This document shows, one piece after another, positions 1 through 12,092 of a stretch of 64,000 bases of DNA. The stretch lies in assembly GCA_053919585.1 (NCBI GenBank), contig CM132785.1; one strand, 5' to 3'. How positions within the stretch are numbered: position 1 is the stretch's first letter; the number at the start of each line of letters is the position of its first letter. A program made the translations under genes and the position numbers. The notes beneath the pieces were generated by a model. That model did no database searches and was not told where the DNA came from. It saw only the letters and a program-made list of their open reading frames with translations. Source of the stretch: Euprymna scolopes (taxonomy: Eukaryota).

Positions 1-24
1 TAGGGCTCTTCAGGCTTATGCGCA

Positions 25-77
25 TAAGCCTGAAGATTCCTAGAGTGGCTTAAACGCGGAATATTCAGTGTAGATTA
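25..77 (+). ncRNA. Degenerate type I hammerhead ribozyme motif (family A) in a spacer-less palindrome cut by the window edge
   Basis: TAAGC-CTGAAGA-TTCC..GGCT-TAAA(GAAA mutated)-CGCGGAATATTCAGTG-TA-GATTA; same family as 24284-24337. Positions 1-42 are self-complementary around GCGC (20-23). Followed by (TA)n. Confidence 0.65.
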
Positions 78-107
78 ATCGCCATATATATTTTATATAT
101 ATATATA

Positions 108-858
108 TATAATATAAAGCTGAATGTCTGTGTGTGTGTGTGTCTTGTCACGAATAGGCTCCTATATGGTTGACTATTTAAAAAAAAAACTGATTACATA
201 TGAGGATAGAAGGTGTATCGAGACACATGAATGGGTATGTTTGATCTGGCAGAACAGTGGTTCATTAAAATTGTGGGGTATGCGTCCGCGCCTGGTCCAC
301 AGAGTATGGAAATAAAAAATAAAAAAAAACAACGTTTACAAGTGTTTTTAATATAGATGCACATAAGACCACTTTGATAAGTATGTTTTAACTTGAATAA
401 GGATTGTATAATTACATTTTGGAGTCTGCGTTCACGCATGGCTCCATAGAATGGAAATAGGCACAAACTTTAATAAAGACTTTCCATATCTATCTGTGTA
501 AGTATACTTTGATAATTATGTTTGAAGAAATATGGTATAATAAAATTATGGGGTGTTCGTTCGCACCTGACCTCCATAGAATGTAAATATGTCACAAAAT
601 TTAACAAGTTTTTTTTTTAATATACATCGACAGAATATTGTGATAAGTGTTTCAGTGTGAACAGGTATGGTATAATAAATTATGGGGGTTATCTATTTTA
701 TTTTTACTTTCATCATATCTTGCTTTGGTTTGGATACCCCCAAATTCAACCCACATTTACAACCCTTCTTTGTCCTTACCTATCATACTTTCATCAATCA
801 GAGTCCATTTTCTCTAGGCTTTTTTTTTAACCCAGTCAACGGCGGGTACTTTTGTTAG
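108..858 (+). mobile_element. Non-autonomous Helitron-like element
   Basis: 5' end TATAATATAAAGCTGAATGTC(TG)n; 3' imperfect hairpin ACCCAGTCAACGGCGGGT followed by TTAG-T (CTAG-like). An inverted partial copy lies at 34172-34667. Confidence 0.6.
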
Positions 859-1246
859 TATATATGTGTAATAGAAAAGAAAAGCCCCAAAAATAACTCA
901 TTGAGATGCATTACAAAATTTGTTTTACAATTTCGTAAGTACCTATGTGTGTATGCTGCTAAAATTATACCACCTATGTTTGAAATAATTATTTATATTT
1001 TAATTTACATTTAAAAACGCTAGGTTATTAACAGGCGCGTTAAATTTAAAATATAAGAGAGATAACTGTTATACTTTGAAAGATAAAATAAAATTTTAAA
1101 AACAACTTTAAATTATCTAAAAGAGATAACTTTTAATTGGTGTTTAATATATATTTAACTATTGAAGGGATAGATAATTTATTTATTGTGATGGAAATAG
1201 TTATGATAATAAAAACATAAAAAATATTAACAATATATATTAAAAA

Positions 1247-1445
1247 TAATGATTATGATAATAGTAATAGTTATGATAATAATTACTAATAATAGTAATA
1301 ATAAGAATAGAATAATAGAAAATAGAAACTCACTAATACAAATAATATTTATACTAGCAAAATAAGTAAAATAATTATAATAATAATAATAATAATAATA
1401 AATATATTATCAATAATATTATTTATAGTAATTATAATGATAATG
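1247..1445. repeat. Degenerate (TAA)n low-complexity tract
   Basis: Runs of AAT/TAA with interruptions. Confidence 0.8.
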
Positions 1446-1489
1446 GTAAACATTAGTTATATCTCATGATGTGGTTTAAATCTGTAAAC

Positions 1490-2450
1490 TTTAATTCATC
1501 GTCTATGTATGCATTGTGATAACATATCATCTTTTCGGTTTAAACATGTTGACTTATTTTCAAGAAATTTTTATATAACCGGTAATAAAGATCCGCAGGA
1601 TTATAGAATTTCTCACCGGCTTTTTATATTTGAAAATAGGCTAGTATTTTCCATTTTATGTTAAAAGGGATATTCATATGTTTGAGATGCCAAATATATT
1701 CTGTAAATGTTTTTTGGTTTCTTAAGGATAATTTTTTGATAGAGGGTGTATGTGTGGAGATTCAGGGTTTTATAAGTCTGTAAGTAGATCCAAAGTATAT
1801 CGTATTTTGTTTCAGTTTGATTATTAGTGGTATTTTTTGCAAGACGCTTAGTTGTACGAAATTGTTGATGGTTAATAGTGGTGTTGTTTTTCATTAAGTG
1901 TGTGTTAGTCTTACCCTTTTTCAAAGGATTTATATTGTTGTTATTAATAGAATTTATATTTGGTATTTGTTCTTTTCAGGTCAAAATTACGTTTTTAATT
2001 TTAGAGGTGCCTTGTAAAAGACATGTTTATTCTACTGTTACAGCATGTCATATTTTGTGTATTTGTATTTTGTATTTTCTGATTAGTTTATTGTTGTTAC
2101 TAATTATTTATTGGTGTAATTTTTCAATGAGATATTTTGATAGTGTTTTTGATAAACATTTTAATGTATTTATTGGAGGCTTTGAGGTTATTTTCTAATA
2201 TTTTGAAAAACATTCTCTGGCTATGTTTGTTTTAATATTCTTAGACTACGGAGTGTTACACCACATAGTATCCTTAATACATAAAAACAAACTTTGCTCT
2301 TTAGACTACAGGAATAATTTCCGTTATGAAATATAAAAGATAAGTAGCTCCCTCTTATTGTTTGACATTTCTCTTTACTTGAAGAGATATTCCATGAGAA
2401 ACGCATAGAATTATCAGGTAAATGTATACCTATTACATATAATGGTATCA
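1490..2450 (-). pseudogene. Decayed Penelope-like element RT/GIY-YIG ORF (possibly Naiad-type C-terminus)
   Basis: Manual minus-strand translation gives YFGST, TFTEYIWHLKHMNIPFNIKWKIL and CLNRKDDMLSQCIHRR, matching the PLE endonuclease C-terminal pattern (S.YIW.LK..I.W.I; LN.R.E....C.H). Many stops and frameshifts. Confidence 0.6.
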
Positions 2451-4462
2451 AGAGAAGCGTTGTGTTAATGAGGAGATGATATTCAAAAAATAATACTTTG
2501 TCAATTATTGTCGATGCTTATTGTAATTTAATAAAATGACTATCGTTTCCGAAACGATCATACAGTCGATTCAATTTTTTAAACTGAAATATATACCGTG
2601 CTTATTATATATCGACATTACGATACACATCTTTTTTATTAATACATTATAATAAACTTTGCTATTTAGACAGCNNNNNNNNNNNNNNNNNNNNNNNNNN
2701 NNNNNNNNNNNNNNNNNNNNNNNNNNNNNNNNNNNNNNNNNNNNNNNNNNNNNNNNNNNNNNNNNNNNNNNNNNNNNNNNNNNNNNNNNNNNNNNNNNNN
2801 NNNNNNNNNNNNNNNNNNNNNNNNNNNNNNNNNNNNNNNNNNNNNNNNNNNNNNNNNNNNNNNNNNNNNNNNNNNNNNNNGTTTTAGCGATATTTTTTGA
2901 ATGAATTCAATTATTTACGAAAGTGCATGTTTACCAAAATGCAAGTTGGGAATAATGTTCCCTTTAACCAATTTGCTACCCCCACATGGGGAGCGGTATA
3001 TATATATATATGATTTTATTATCAGTATTTTTTCTCTTAAGACTATTTCATAAAATAAAATAGACCTTTTAGTCAATCATTTCTGTTTTTGATCCATTCT
3101 AACTTCCAAATAACGTCCTTCACTTTCAGCAAGATCTGTCTGATAGAAATCTCCTATTTGCCACAGGTTTATGGAATTTTTAAATCTTTCGGATTTATTG
3201 TCCAGGATAAATTTATCTAATTGCTTTCGAATAATAGTTTATATCTTTATAATATATTTTTGTATTTTTTCATTGGATACTTATTATAATAAACTTTCAG
3301 GAACCGTTAACCGTTGCCCGGTGGAAGCACGTCCTATTCTCGTAAAAAAATAAACTACAACTGTTGTTGGTGGCCAATTCCTAACGTCCTAATGTTCAAA
3401 ACGAGTTTCGTAATATACCCCCTACCCTCTCAATGTTAATAACGTTGTGTGGAAAGGACGGTACCAACTTTGCCATGGTAAGAAAGGCTTAGACACACAC
3501 TTTTATGTAAAGTGCCTGTCGAAGTATATGCTCTCAGCATACCCACACACAAAGTATATAAACAACAACAGAAAATTAGGGGTTGGTGGTAGTGCCGTGC
3601 GTGGGAGTAGTACGCTTTTTCATCGCGCGTGCATAGAACAGTGAATTGCAGTATATGATGCATGTAATCATGTCTCATATATGTGCAAGTTAAACAATCT
3701 GAATCAATATAGTCTAAAACCTATAGAAGTCGACGGTTTAAAGGAAATATTCTAGTTGATGGTAAGGTAAAAAAGCACCTAAAAAGTTAATGTCTGAGCA
3801 GTGTGGAAAATAATCCTCAAAAGATTAAAAAAAACAACTATAGAAAAAGAGAAACAAAAGCCAATATATAACAAATAAGTATATCCATGGGCAATGTAAT
3901 AAACGGTAAATTTGTACTTTAGCGGCGTATATTGTTTGACGGACAAATGAATTAAAAAAAAATAGAAAACTGGTGTAAATGGTTTCAAATACAGACTGAA
4001 TGAAAAGTGATGAAAATGATGATTTATCTGGACATAAGTCAGGCTTACAGTGTGAAAACGTGTTTTATATAAAAAGAAATAGTCTTTATGATGTCGAAGG
4101 TGAAAAATAATATTATAATTTTTTTGCCTGATCATCCCAATCGGTGCCACTTTAACGTAGTGGACTACTATAACTCCATTTTGTTAAGAGATTCAGCGGA
4201 CGTTTATGAAAATTACCCCCCCCTGTAAATTCAAAACCTTTGATATTTCTATTCTTTTTTTCATATTTATCTCATCGATAACAACATTTTCAAAAAGGAA
4301 TAAAGTAAAACTATAAAAAAGATAAATTAATATTACTTTTATCGTCAGAGATCAGTATTCAATTATAACGTTCTACTGAACTGAACACGTACTTGTGCCA
4401 ATCAACGAGTAAATATTGTCGCAATATTTTTCACATATTATTCGATTAAGTAGAACATTAAT

Positions 4463-5155
4463 GTGTAAATAATGTTAATCCGAGCAAATTTTAACAATTT
4501 TTATAGTTCATTTTTGTAAACATCACTCAGTAAATTAAGGATAGTAAATTATACATAGTTTAAAAAGAGATCAGTTCATTTTAGCATCGGTCAATTTAGA
4601 ACGCGGAAATTGAGACGTTTTTTTATTGATTTTATGTGTAAATAATGTTAATCCAAATAATGCATAATAGTATGTGTAACTTTAAAGTAAATGTTATGGT
4701 AAATTTTTGTAAAATACAGAAATAGTAAAGTATAGATCATTTTAAAAGAGATTAACTCATGTTAGCATCGGTAACTTTAAGACGCGGAAACCGGATATGA
4801 TATAAAGAAAACCCCGCCGTTTTTTTATGTAGCAAAGTGTAAATAATGTTACTCCTTATAATGGGTAAGTGCATGTGTACCTTGTAAGTAAATGTACAAA
4901 ATTGTCTGTAAATATGGGAAAAGCGACAATAGTAAAGTATAATTTGTTTAATAAGTTGATTTTATTATCGGTAAATTCACGACGCGTAAACCGGATATGA
5001 TATAAAGAAAGCTGCGCCGTATTTTGTTAATAGAACAAAGTGTAAATAATGTTACTTATTATAATACGTAATAAAATATGCACCTTGTTAGTAAATGCAA
5101 ACCTGTTTGTAAAACAAAAGAAAAGTAAATATAGTAAAGTATAAATGATTTAAAA
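4463..5155. repeat. Diverged ~200-bp tandem repeat, about 3.6 copies
   Basis: GTGTAAATAATGTTA recurs at about 4463, 4636, 4837 and 5040; ATCGGT..ACGCG(G/T)AAA recurs in the three complete units. Confidence 0.8.
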
Positions 5156-5627
5156 TACCGCTTCGCGATTGGTCATATTGATTAAGGGCTGCAGTGTTCG
5201 TTGTTTGTATGTTTGTGTACAATCCAGAATAATAGACTTTTATGGTCGCAGCCAATGAGAATAGGCGGAATATATTTGGGGAGAAATCATTATTTTGGAA
5301 TAGCGAAATGCAATGGCATGTGCAGGTGTTTGAGTGTTTTATCGAGTTTATAAGTGTGTCAGGTCAATATAGTTAAGGGTTATATACTTACACGACCCTT
5401 ACTGGGAGAGTGGTAGTATTTTGCAGACAGAGTGAAATATACGTACTACTTCATCTATATGGTGCTAATGTCGTTCGTAAGAAGTACGATAGAGGTTTAA
5501 TATAACGAATAACTGTGTCTGTAAGGTCCTTCAAAAGTTGGATAAGATGATGGGTAAAAGTTAAGAATTATTAAATTTGTAGTTGGCATCTGTTATTGTA
5601 AACCAACCGTAATATGGTAAGAGAGGG

Positions 5628-6879
5628 ATTTATAGTAGGAAGGCAGGCTCGAACCTGTACCGCGAAGGAGTAAAAGAACGGGGAAAAACCTGACGTCTTT
5701 GCTGTTACGACCACCGCCAAATCGGAAGTGACATAGGTTGTGATTAACGCGAGACAATCGAAAGGAGGATGACTTTTAAAAATACCGGCGAAAAAATAGA
5801 CCCGTATTGTAGAAAAGTTCCCAGTTGAATATGAAGATATTAATGTTTTAGCCAATTTTTCGATATTGGTCGTCTGAAATGTCGAACACCAAAAGAATAC
5901 TGATCCGGCTAAAATCCTCAGTGGAAAGTGTAAGGCAGATGTGCAAACGTACATACGTACAGACATTTATATATTGGTAACTAAAATGATTCTACCCAAA
6001 CCGATTAAAAAGCTTTCCCTATATCTGAATACTTTTTATGTAAAATTTCAATTTTTTAGAATAGAAATTGTCTGTGTAATTTGGTAGAGACCACAGAGGT
6101 CAATGTTTTTTGTTGACCCCTATTCACCCCCAGCGTAACATTTATTGTCTTGGGCTCCAATTAAATTATTAACTTAGATCCATGTCCTAGGAACCTATAT
6201 CTAAATTTTCAAGTGTTGACACCCAAAATTGACGGAGGAGTTTGGTAGAGTTCTCAAAGTTCAAATCGTTAAACTTTGACGCTTTAACAGCTTAATTTCT
6301 GGCCGAAAACTGATTATAAAGATTTTCCCAAATCTCAGCACCCTGTATATCAAATTTCGAATCTGTAGACTTAAAATTGGCAGAGTTATTGTGTAGCGAA
6401 ATGTACACAGACACCCAGACAGACAATCAGACAAACAGCCATGTTGACTTTTATAGATATGCTAGCATGGGTGCCCGGCGTTGCCCGGCTGATTGGAGGT
6501 GTATGCTGAGCAAAATAAAAGTCAATTTTTTTAAAACTTTGACCCCTATTATGACCTCTTAAATTTTATTGTTTTGGGCTGTGATCAAATTATTAAGTTA
6601 GATCCATGTTCGAAGAACCTATATGTAAAATTGCAAGTGTTTTGACCCAAAATTGTCGGAGGTATTTCGTAGAGTTATCCAAGGTCAAATCGTTTAACTT
6701 TGACCTCTTAACAGCCAAATGTCTGGCTGAAAACCGATCATATAGATTTTCCTAAATATTAGTACACTGTATATCACATTTCGGGTCTGTAGACTGAAAA
6801 GTAACAGAGCTATTGTGAAGGAAAATGTACACAGACAGACAACCACACACAGACAGGTTCACTTTTATAGATATATAGA
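5628..6879 (-). mobile_element. Tandem/composite non-autonomous Helitron-like units
   Basis: Minus strand starts A|TCTATATATCTATAAAAG; hairpin CCGGGCAACGCCGGG then CTAG at 6465-6462; a second related unit follows immediately and ends in hairpin CAGGTTCGAGCCTG near 5640. Inverted homologue of 10750-12037. Confidence 0.7.
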
Positions 6880-7516
6880 TAGATAATATATGAATACTTG
6901 TATATGTTGTACGCAATAACCTCGAGTGACTTCCGGCCCTTGATACGTGGTTACCTCCATGTAAGAAAGAAGATAAATTTATCTATGACGATGACTCTAT
7001 TGGAACGAACTCAAACTAAATATGGCGATTACATCAGCCAGTTTCTCCCGGAAATGAAGATGGTTATATAAATAGAATATTAGTATGAAAGAAGAGGGTT
7101 ATAATTATTAATAATGTATTCATCCGACCCATATAAATACAGTAGGTTTGTAAAAAAAAAAAAATATATACTTACTTTCTAGGAAAAATCAACGATTGAC
7201 ACACGAGAAAAAAACAAATATGAATAGGTTAGCCTAATAAATATGAGGTTTAAAAAATAGATCTAAAACGTGTTTGCTCCTTTTGTTTTAGGAGATGTGT
7301 TTGCTTGGATTCATGCTTTTATATAATGTTTGGTTTCTAGTTCCACAAAACATTAGTTCATGGTAAAAAAGTGATGATCCGTGAAATCTTTAGGCCATTA
7401 TGAGTTCTGGAAAGCAGAATTATTGAGCGATTACATGAGATTGAATTAAGTGTGTAACGAAAGGCTAAAAGTATATTTTTGAACTTATCTTCTTTTCGAA
7501 AAAAAATGCTTCCAAG

Positions 7517-7583
<67 letters not shown>

Positions 7584-7654
7584 CTAGTATATAAATCTAT
7601 TATACAAATATAAAAGGTTATATAACGTTTCTGAATTTTTGGAGACGAGGAGTT

Positions 7655-8570
7655 TGCGTCCGTATTATTTTGATTTATCGGACAACTGTACTCATCGTGA
7701 GTGTGATATTCACAACGTTTCCGTCTATGTAACCTTATTTTAACAACGTTTCCATCGAGGTGACCTACACACTTCTTTATGTAGATATGCTGATAACCCG
7801 CACTCGACAGGGGTTTATGCCACCTGTATATCGAAAACCAACTTTCAATGGACAGTACCTAAACTTCAATTCACACTATCCATATACCGTGAAGAAAAAA
7901 TCGCCCGTTGCTTACAAGGAGCAAAAGAAATATGTAGTTACAGCAGTGCATACCAAGAGGAGATGAACAGTTCAAGAGAAATTCTTCACATAAACAACTA
8001 TCCAGAGAGCATGACATCAGCTCCAGGAAAGCTGGGCCAGACACTAAACCACCTTCTCAGACACAAACCACAGATTCTATACCATATATGAAATACTTGT
8101 CTGGAAAACTTCAACTAATATGTAATCGATATGACATCAGGACAGCATTTAAGAGTGATTTAACTCTCCGGAATCAGCTTGCGAGCTGCGAACCCGCGAC
8201 AAAAATTATTTCTAAGCACTGTGTATATGAAATCCCATGTAAATATGGAAAAACAATACAAAGGCGAAACGTGTCGTCTATTGAAAGTATGATTAGAAGA
8301 ACATCGAAAAGCCTTAGTACGTGGAGAAATTGAAAAATCAGGTATATCTGACAATATCTGGACAGAAAGATGGACACAATCTACTATTAAGGGACGAAGT
8401 AAAAATTATAGAAAGAGAAGAACGGTGGAGAGTAAGATGAATGAAAGAAGTAGCACATATGCTGGGGAATAACCAATTATTAAGTAGGCCTAGTAAACGA
8501 TTTAATTATAAAAATAGGAAATATATACAAGTAATAAGTAAAAAACATCAATATCTGTAGATATATACAT

Positions 8571-8601
<31 letters not shown>

Positions 8602-9035
8602 ACATACATATATATATATACGTTAATATAAAGTAATAAGTAGTAATACACTACCAAAAATAAAATCGGTTTAAGGGTTCTGAATTCGTATAAGTATTGT
8701 CTGCAAGCACCGATGGCACAGAGGTTAGATTACTTAGAAAAATCAATCGTAAAACGTGACATTCTATTGAAGGTTGAAGGTTCAATCCTCATTGTTGGCA
8801 ACCGAAAAATACAATTGCGAATTACTTAGGATCTCTATCTACCATGGCTGACAGAACAAACGCACACTACACCCGTGAAGCGAAAAGCTCGAAATTCCAT
8901 CCAAATTCCTAAATTCTGACTGAACCATTCCAGAGTTTGACAAGGTACAACTGAAGTTTACAGAGACCGAAACGTTGTGAAAATCACACTCAAGATGAGA
9001 ACAGTAGTGCGATGAATCAAAATAACACGAAAAGG
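7655..9035 (+). mobile_element. 5'-truncated Penelope-like element relic with inverted pLTR
   Basis: 7760-8500 encodes the RT C-terminus (LYVDMLITR..VYRKPTFNGQYLNFNSHYP) and GIY-YIG remnants (CVYEIPC; LEEHRKALVRGEIEKSGISD). 7660-7735 is an inverted copy of 8955-9030. Degenerate HHR-like TTGACAA-GGT...ACC-GAAACGTT near 8937-8976. (TA)n lies upstream. Confidence 0.85.
8707..8802 (+). mobile_element. tRNA-derived (SINE-like) head with Pol III A/B boxes
   Basis: A-box-like TGGCACAGAGGTTAG and B-box GGTTCAATCC (8779-8788); no complete cloverleaf. Confidence 0.5.
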
Positions 9036-10681
9036 CTATATTTCTGTCTATTTATATATTTTCTAACTTTATCTCGTCCGAAACTAAAAGGCGCAAGAAT
9101 GCATTTTTTATAGTTCCTTTTTTATGAGTCTTTTGCTGGTGTAAATAATTTAAAAGTTATCAAAATGGGTCAACATTGAGAAATCGTGAGACATTTTGTA
9201 TATTCATCATATTATTGTAACTTTTTTTTATCTTTATGCGTATGTCACGATGGTTCAGTGGTAATCCCGCCAGCTTTGAATGCTAGTTTCCGTTTCAATC
9301 TTTTTTTTTTTACTTTTGAAATCATGCCTCGACAATAATTTAGGCATTGTATTTAAGCACATTTTACGACCGCACAAAGCTCAGCACATTCCTCCTGATA
9401 ATAAATAGTCTCCATATTTTCAAACATTATCTCTTTCGAAACTAAAAATCTCCGAATAATGCTAAGAGCTTCAAATGATTGGATTATTTATAGCCTCTAA
9501 TTATATGTCTCTAACGCCGGTTAAAATTATTAACTGAAAATTGAAAAAAAGAGGTTATATATTTTGTACAGTCGTCTTAGTTTATTTTATATCAGTTCAT
9601 ATGCATTATGTGTTCGAACAATCAAGTTTGAATTATACAGTTTAGTTCTCAGTTTCGATTCTAGCTAATGCCACTTAAATACTTCTTTGCTTTTGAATTC
9701 TCGACTCTATAACATATACTTAATCTGGATAAATAAAATTATAATATTTCAGTGCATTTTATGACAGAGCANNNNNNNNNNNNNNNNNNNNNNNNNNNNN
9801 NNNNNNNNNNNNNNNNNNNNNNNNNNNNNNNNNNNNNNNNNNNNNNNNNNNNNNNNNNNNNNNNNNNNNNNNNNNNNNNNNNNNNNNNNNNNNNNNNNNN
9901 NNNNNNNNNGAAACAGCGNNNNNNNNNNNNNNNNNNNNNNNNNNNNNNNNNNNNNNNNNNNNNNNNNNNNNNNNNNNNNNNNNNNNNNNNNNNNNNNNNN
10001 NNNNNNNNNNNNNNNNNNNNNNNNNNNNNNNNNNNNNNNNNNNNNNNNNNNNNNNNNNNNNNNNNNNNNNNNNNNNNNNNNNNNNNNNNNNNNNNNNGTT
10101 CTGTTTTGATATGTATATATTGGCATTGTAAAGAAACCAAATATTTGCTACAGATAAGCAAAATTACGACGGGGAACGCATTGGACTAAAAGCGTCGTAT
10201 CGTTGCCAAATCATTCTTAATTAAAGTATGTCGCAATATAATATTACACACATAAAGATAAGGCGATAATAGATATAATGTAATTGTACTATTACAACAT
10301 TCTCGTCATATCTTGACTGTCGACCCAGAACCTGAATAATCTGGTTTAAACGCGATCAAGAGTGAAATAGTTTCGTTCTATTTTAACATGTATTCCTTTC
10401 TTCTTTTGTTAGTAGAAAAGCTCAATCATTCATGTCTTTCTTTTATAGACATGTTTAAATATTTAATTTAGATTAAGGATTTAATTGCAAGTATAAAAAG
10501 ACGTTCGAGAATTTTGTCCATTCTGGAACAAGTTATGGATAGAATGACTGATTTACAGATGGATGTCAACATATATTGTATATAAAACGAGATTGTATAA
10601 ATATAGAAATGAAACTATTCACCACAGTCCACAAGGAAATAAAATATCACAAAGCATGTAGTAGAAAAATATATATTATCT

Positions 10682-10685
10682 ATTA

Positions 10686-10748
<63 letters not shown>
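10682..10748. repeat. (TAT)n microsatellite
   Basis: Direct reading. Confidence 0.95.
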
Positions 10749-10749
<1 letters not shown>

Positions 10750-12037
10750 GTGTGTGTGTGTGTCTGTGTGTGTACAATTCCCTACGAAATAACTCAATTT
10801 TAAGTCTACAAACTAAAAATTGGATTTACAGAGTACTGAGATTTTAGAAAATCTTTCTAATCCGTTTTCGGCCAGAATTGTTGCTGTCCAGGGGCATAGG
10901 GTTCAACGATTTGGCCTTTGAAACCTTTACCAAACTTATCCGCAAATTTTGGGGTTAAACACTTCAAATTTTAGATATAAGTCCCTTGGATATAGATCGA
11001 ACTTAATAACTTGATTGGAGCCCAAAACAATAAATGTTAAGGGGGTCATAACAAGGGTCAAAATTGAAAAAACATGCTGAATGCCTCGGCCTCTACCAAA
11101 TTACTCAGACAATTTCTGGTCTAAAAATTTGAAATTTTACATAAAGGGTATTCAGAGATAGTGAACGCGTTTTATTCGGTTTGGGTAGAAAAATTTTAGT
11201 TACCAGATATATAAATGTATGTGTGTATGTATGTATGTATGTATGTATGTATATATGTTTTCATGTCTGCCTAAAACTTTCGATAGAGGCCATAGACTTT
11301 TACAATATAAGAATCGTTTTGAAGTTCGACTTTTCCAATGACGAATATCGAAAAATTGGCTTAAAACATTAATATCTTCACCTTCAACTGGGCACTTTCT
11401 ACAGGAGGGGTCAGTTTTTTCGCCGATTTTTTCGAAAGTCATCCTCTCCTTTCGATTATCTAGCCTTAATTAAAACCTATGTCACTTCCGGTTTGGCGGT
11501 GGTCGTAACAGCAACGACGTCACGTTTTCCCTCATTATTTTACTCCTTCACGGTAGGCTTCGAGCCCGCCTTCTTACTAACACTTTTTTTTGCTCAACAC
11601 ACACCTCCAAAAACCTGGGCAACGCCGGGCTCCCATTCTAGTATATATATAAAAGTTAAAGTGTCTTTGTGTGTGTGTGTCTGTCTGTCTGTGTACATTT
11701 CCCTACACAATATCTCCGTCAATGTTCAGTTTCACACTCGAAATCTGATATACTGGGTACTGAGCTTTGAGAAAATAATTGTAATCCCTTTTCGGCAAGA
11801 AATTGGGCTGTTAAGGGGTAATAGTTTTACCATTTGACTTTTGAGAACTCTACCAAACTCCTCCGCCAAGTATTGGTCTAAGCACTTTAAAGTTTGGATA
11901 TGGGTTCCTTGGACTGGACCTAACTTAATAACTTGATGTGAGCCCAAAACCATAAATGTTAAGGAGTCAAAATATGGGTAAAATTTTTAAAAAATTGAAC
12001 GCTTTTTTTGGCTTAACATACACCATCAAACACCCAG
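10750..12037 (+). mobile_element. Tandem/composite non-autonomous Helitron-like units
   Basis: The long unit ends with hairpin CCTGGGCAACGCCGGG then CTAG (11638-11641). A new head TATATATATAAAAG...(TG)n(TCTG)n follows at once and breaks off just before its own hairpin at about 12037. Homologous, inverted, to 5628-6879. Confidence 0.7.
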
Positions 12038-12092
12038 ATCTAACTATCAAAACGAAAATGGAGGTCGGTATAGTCACATGAAGAATGGGGAG

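Noticed and set aside
9244-9300. tRNA-like A box TGGTTCAGTGGTAA
   Set aside because: B box is degenerate and the segment is too short to support a call.
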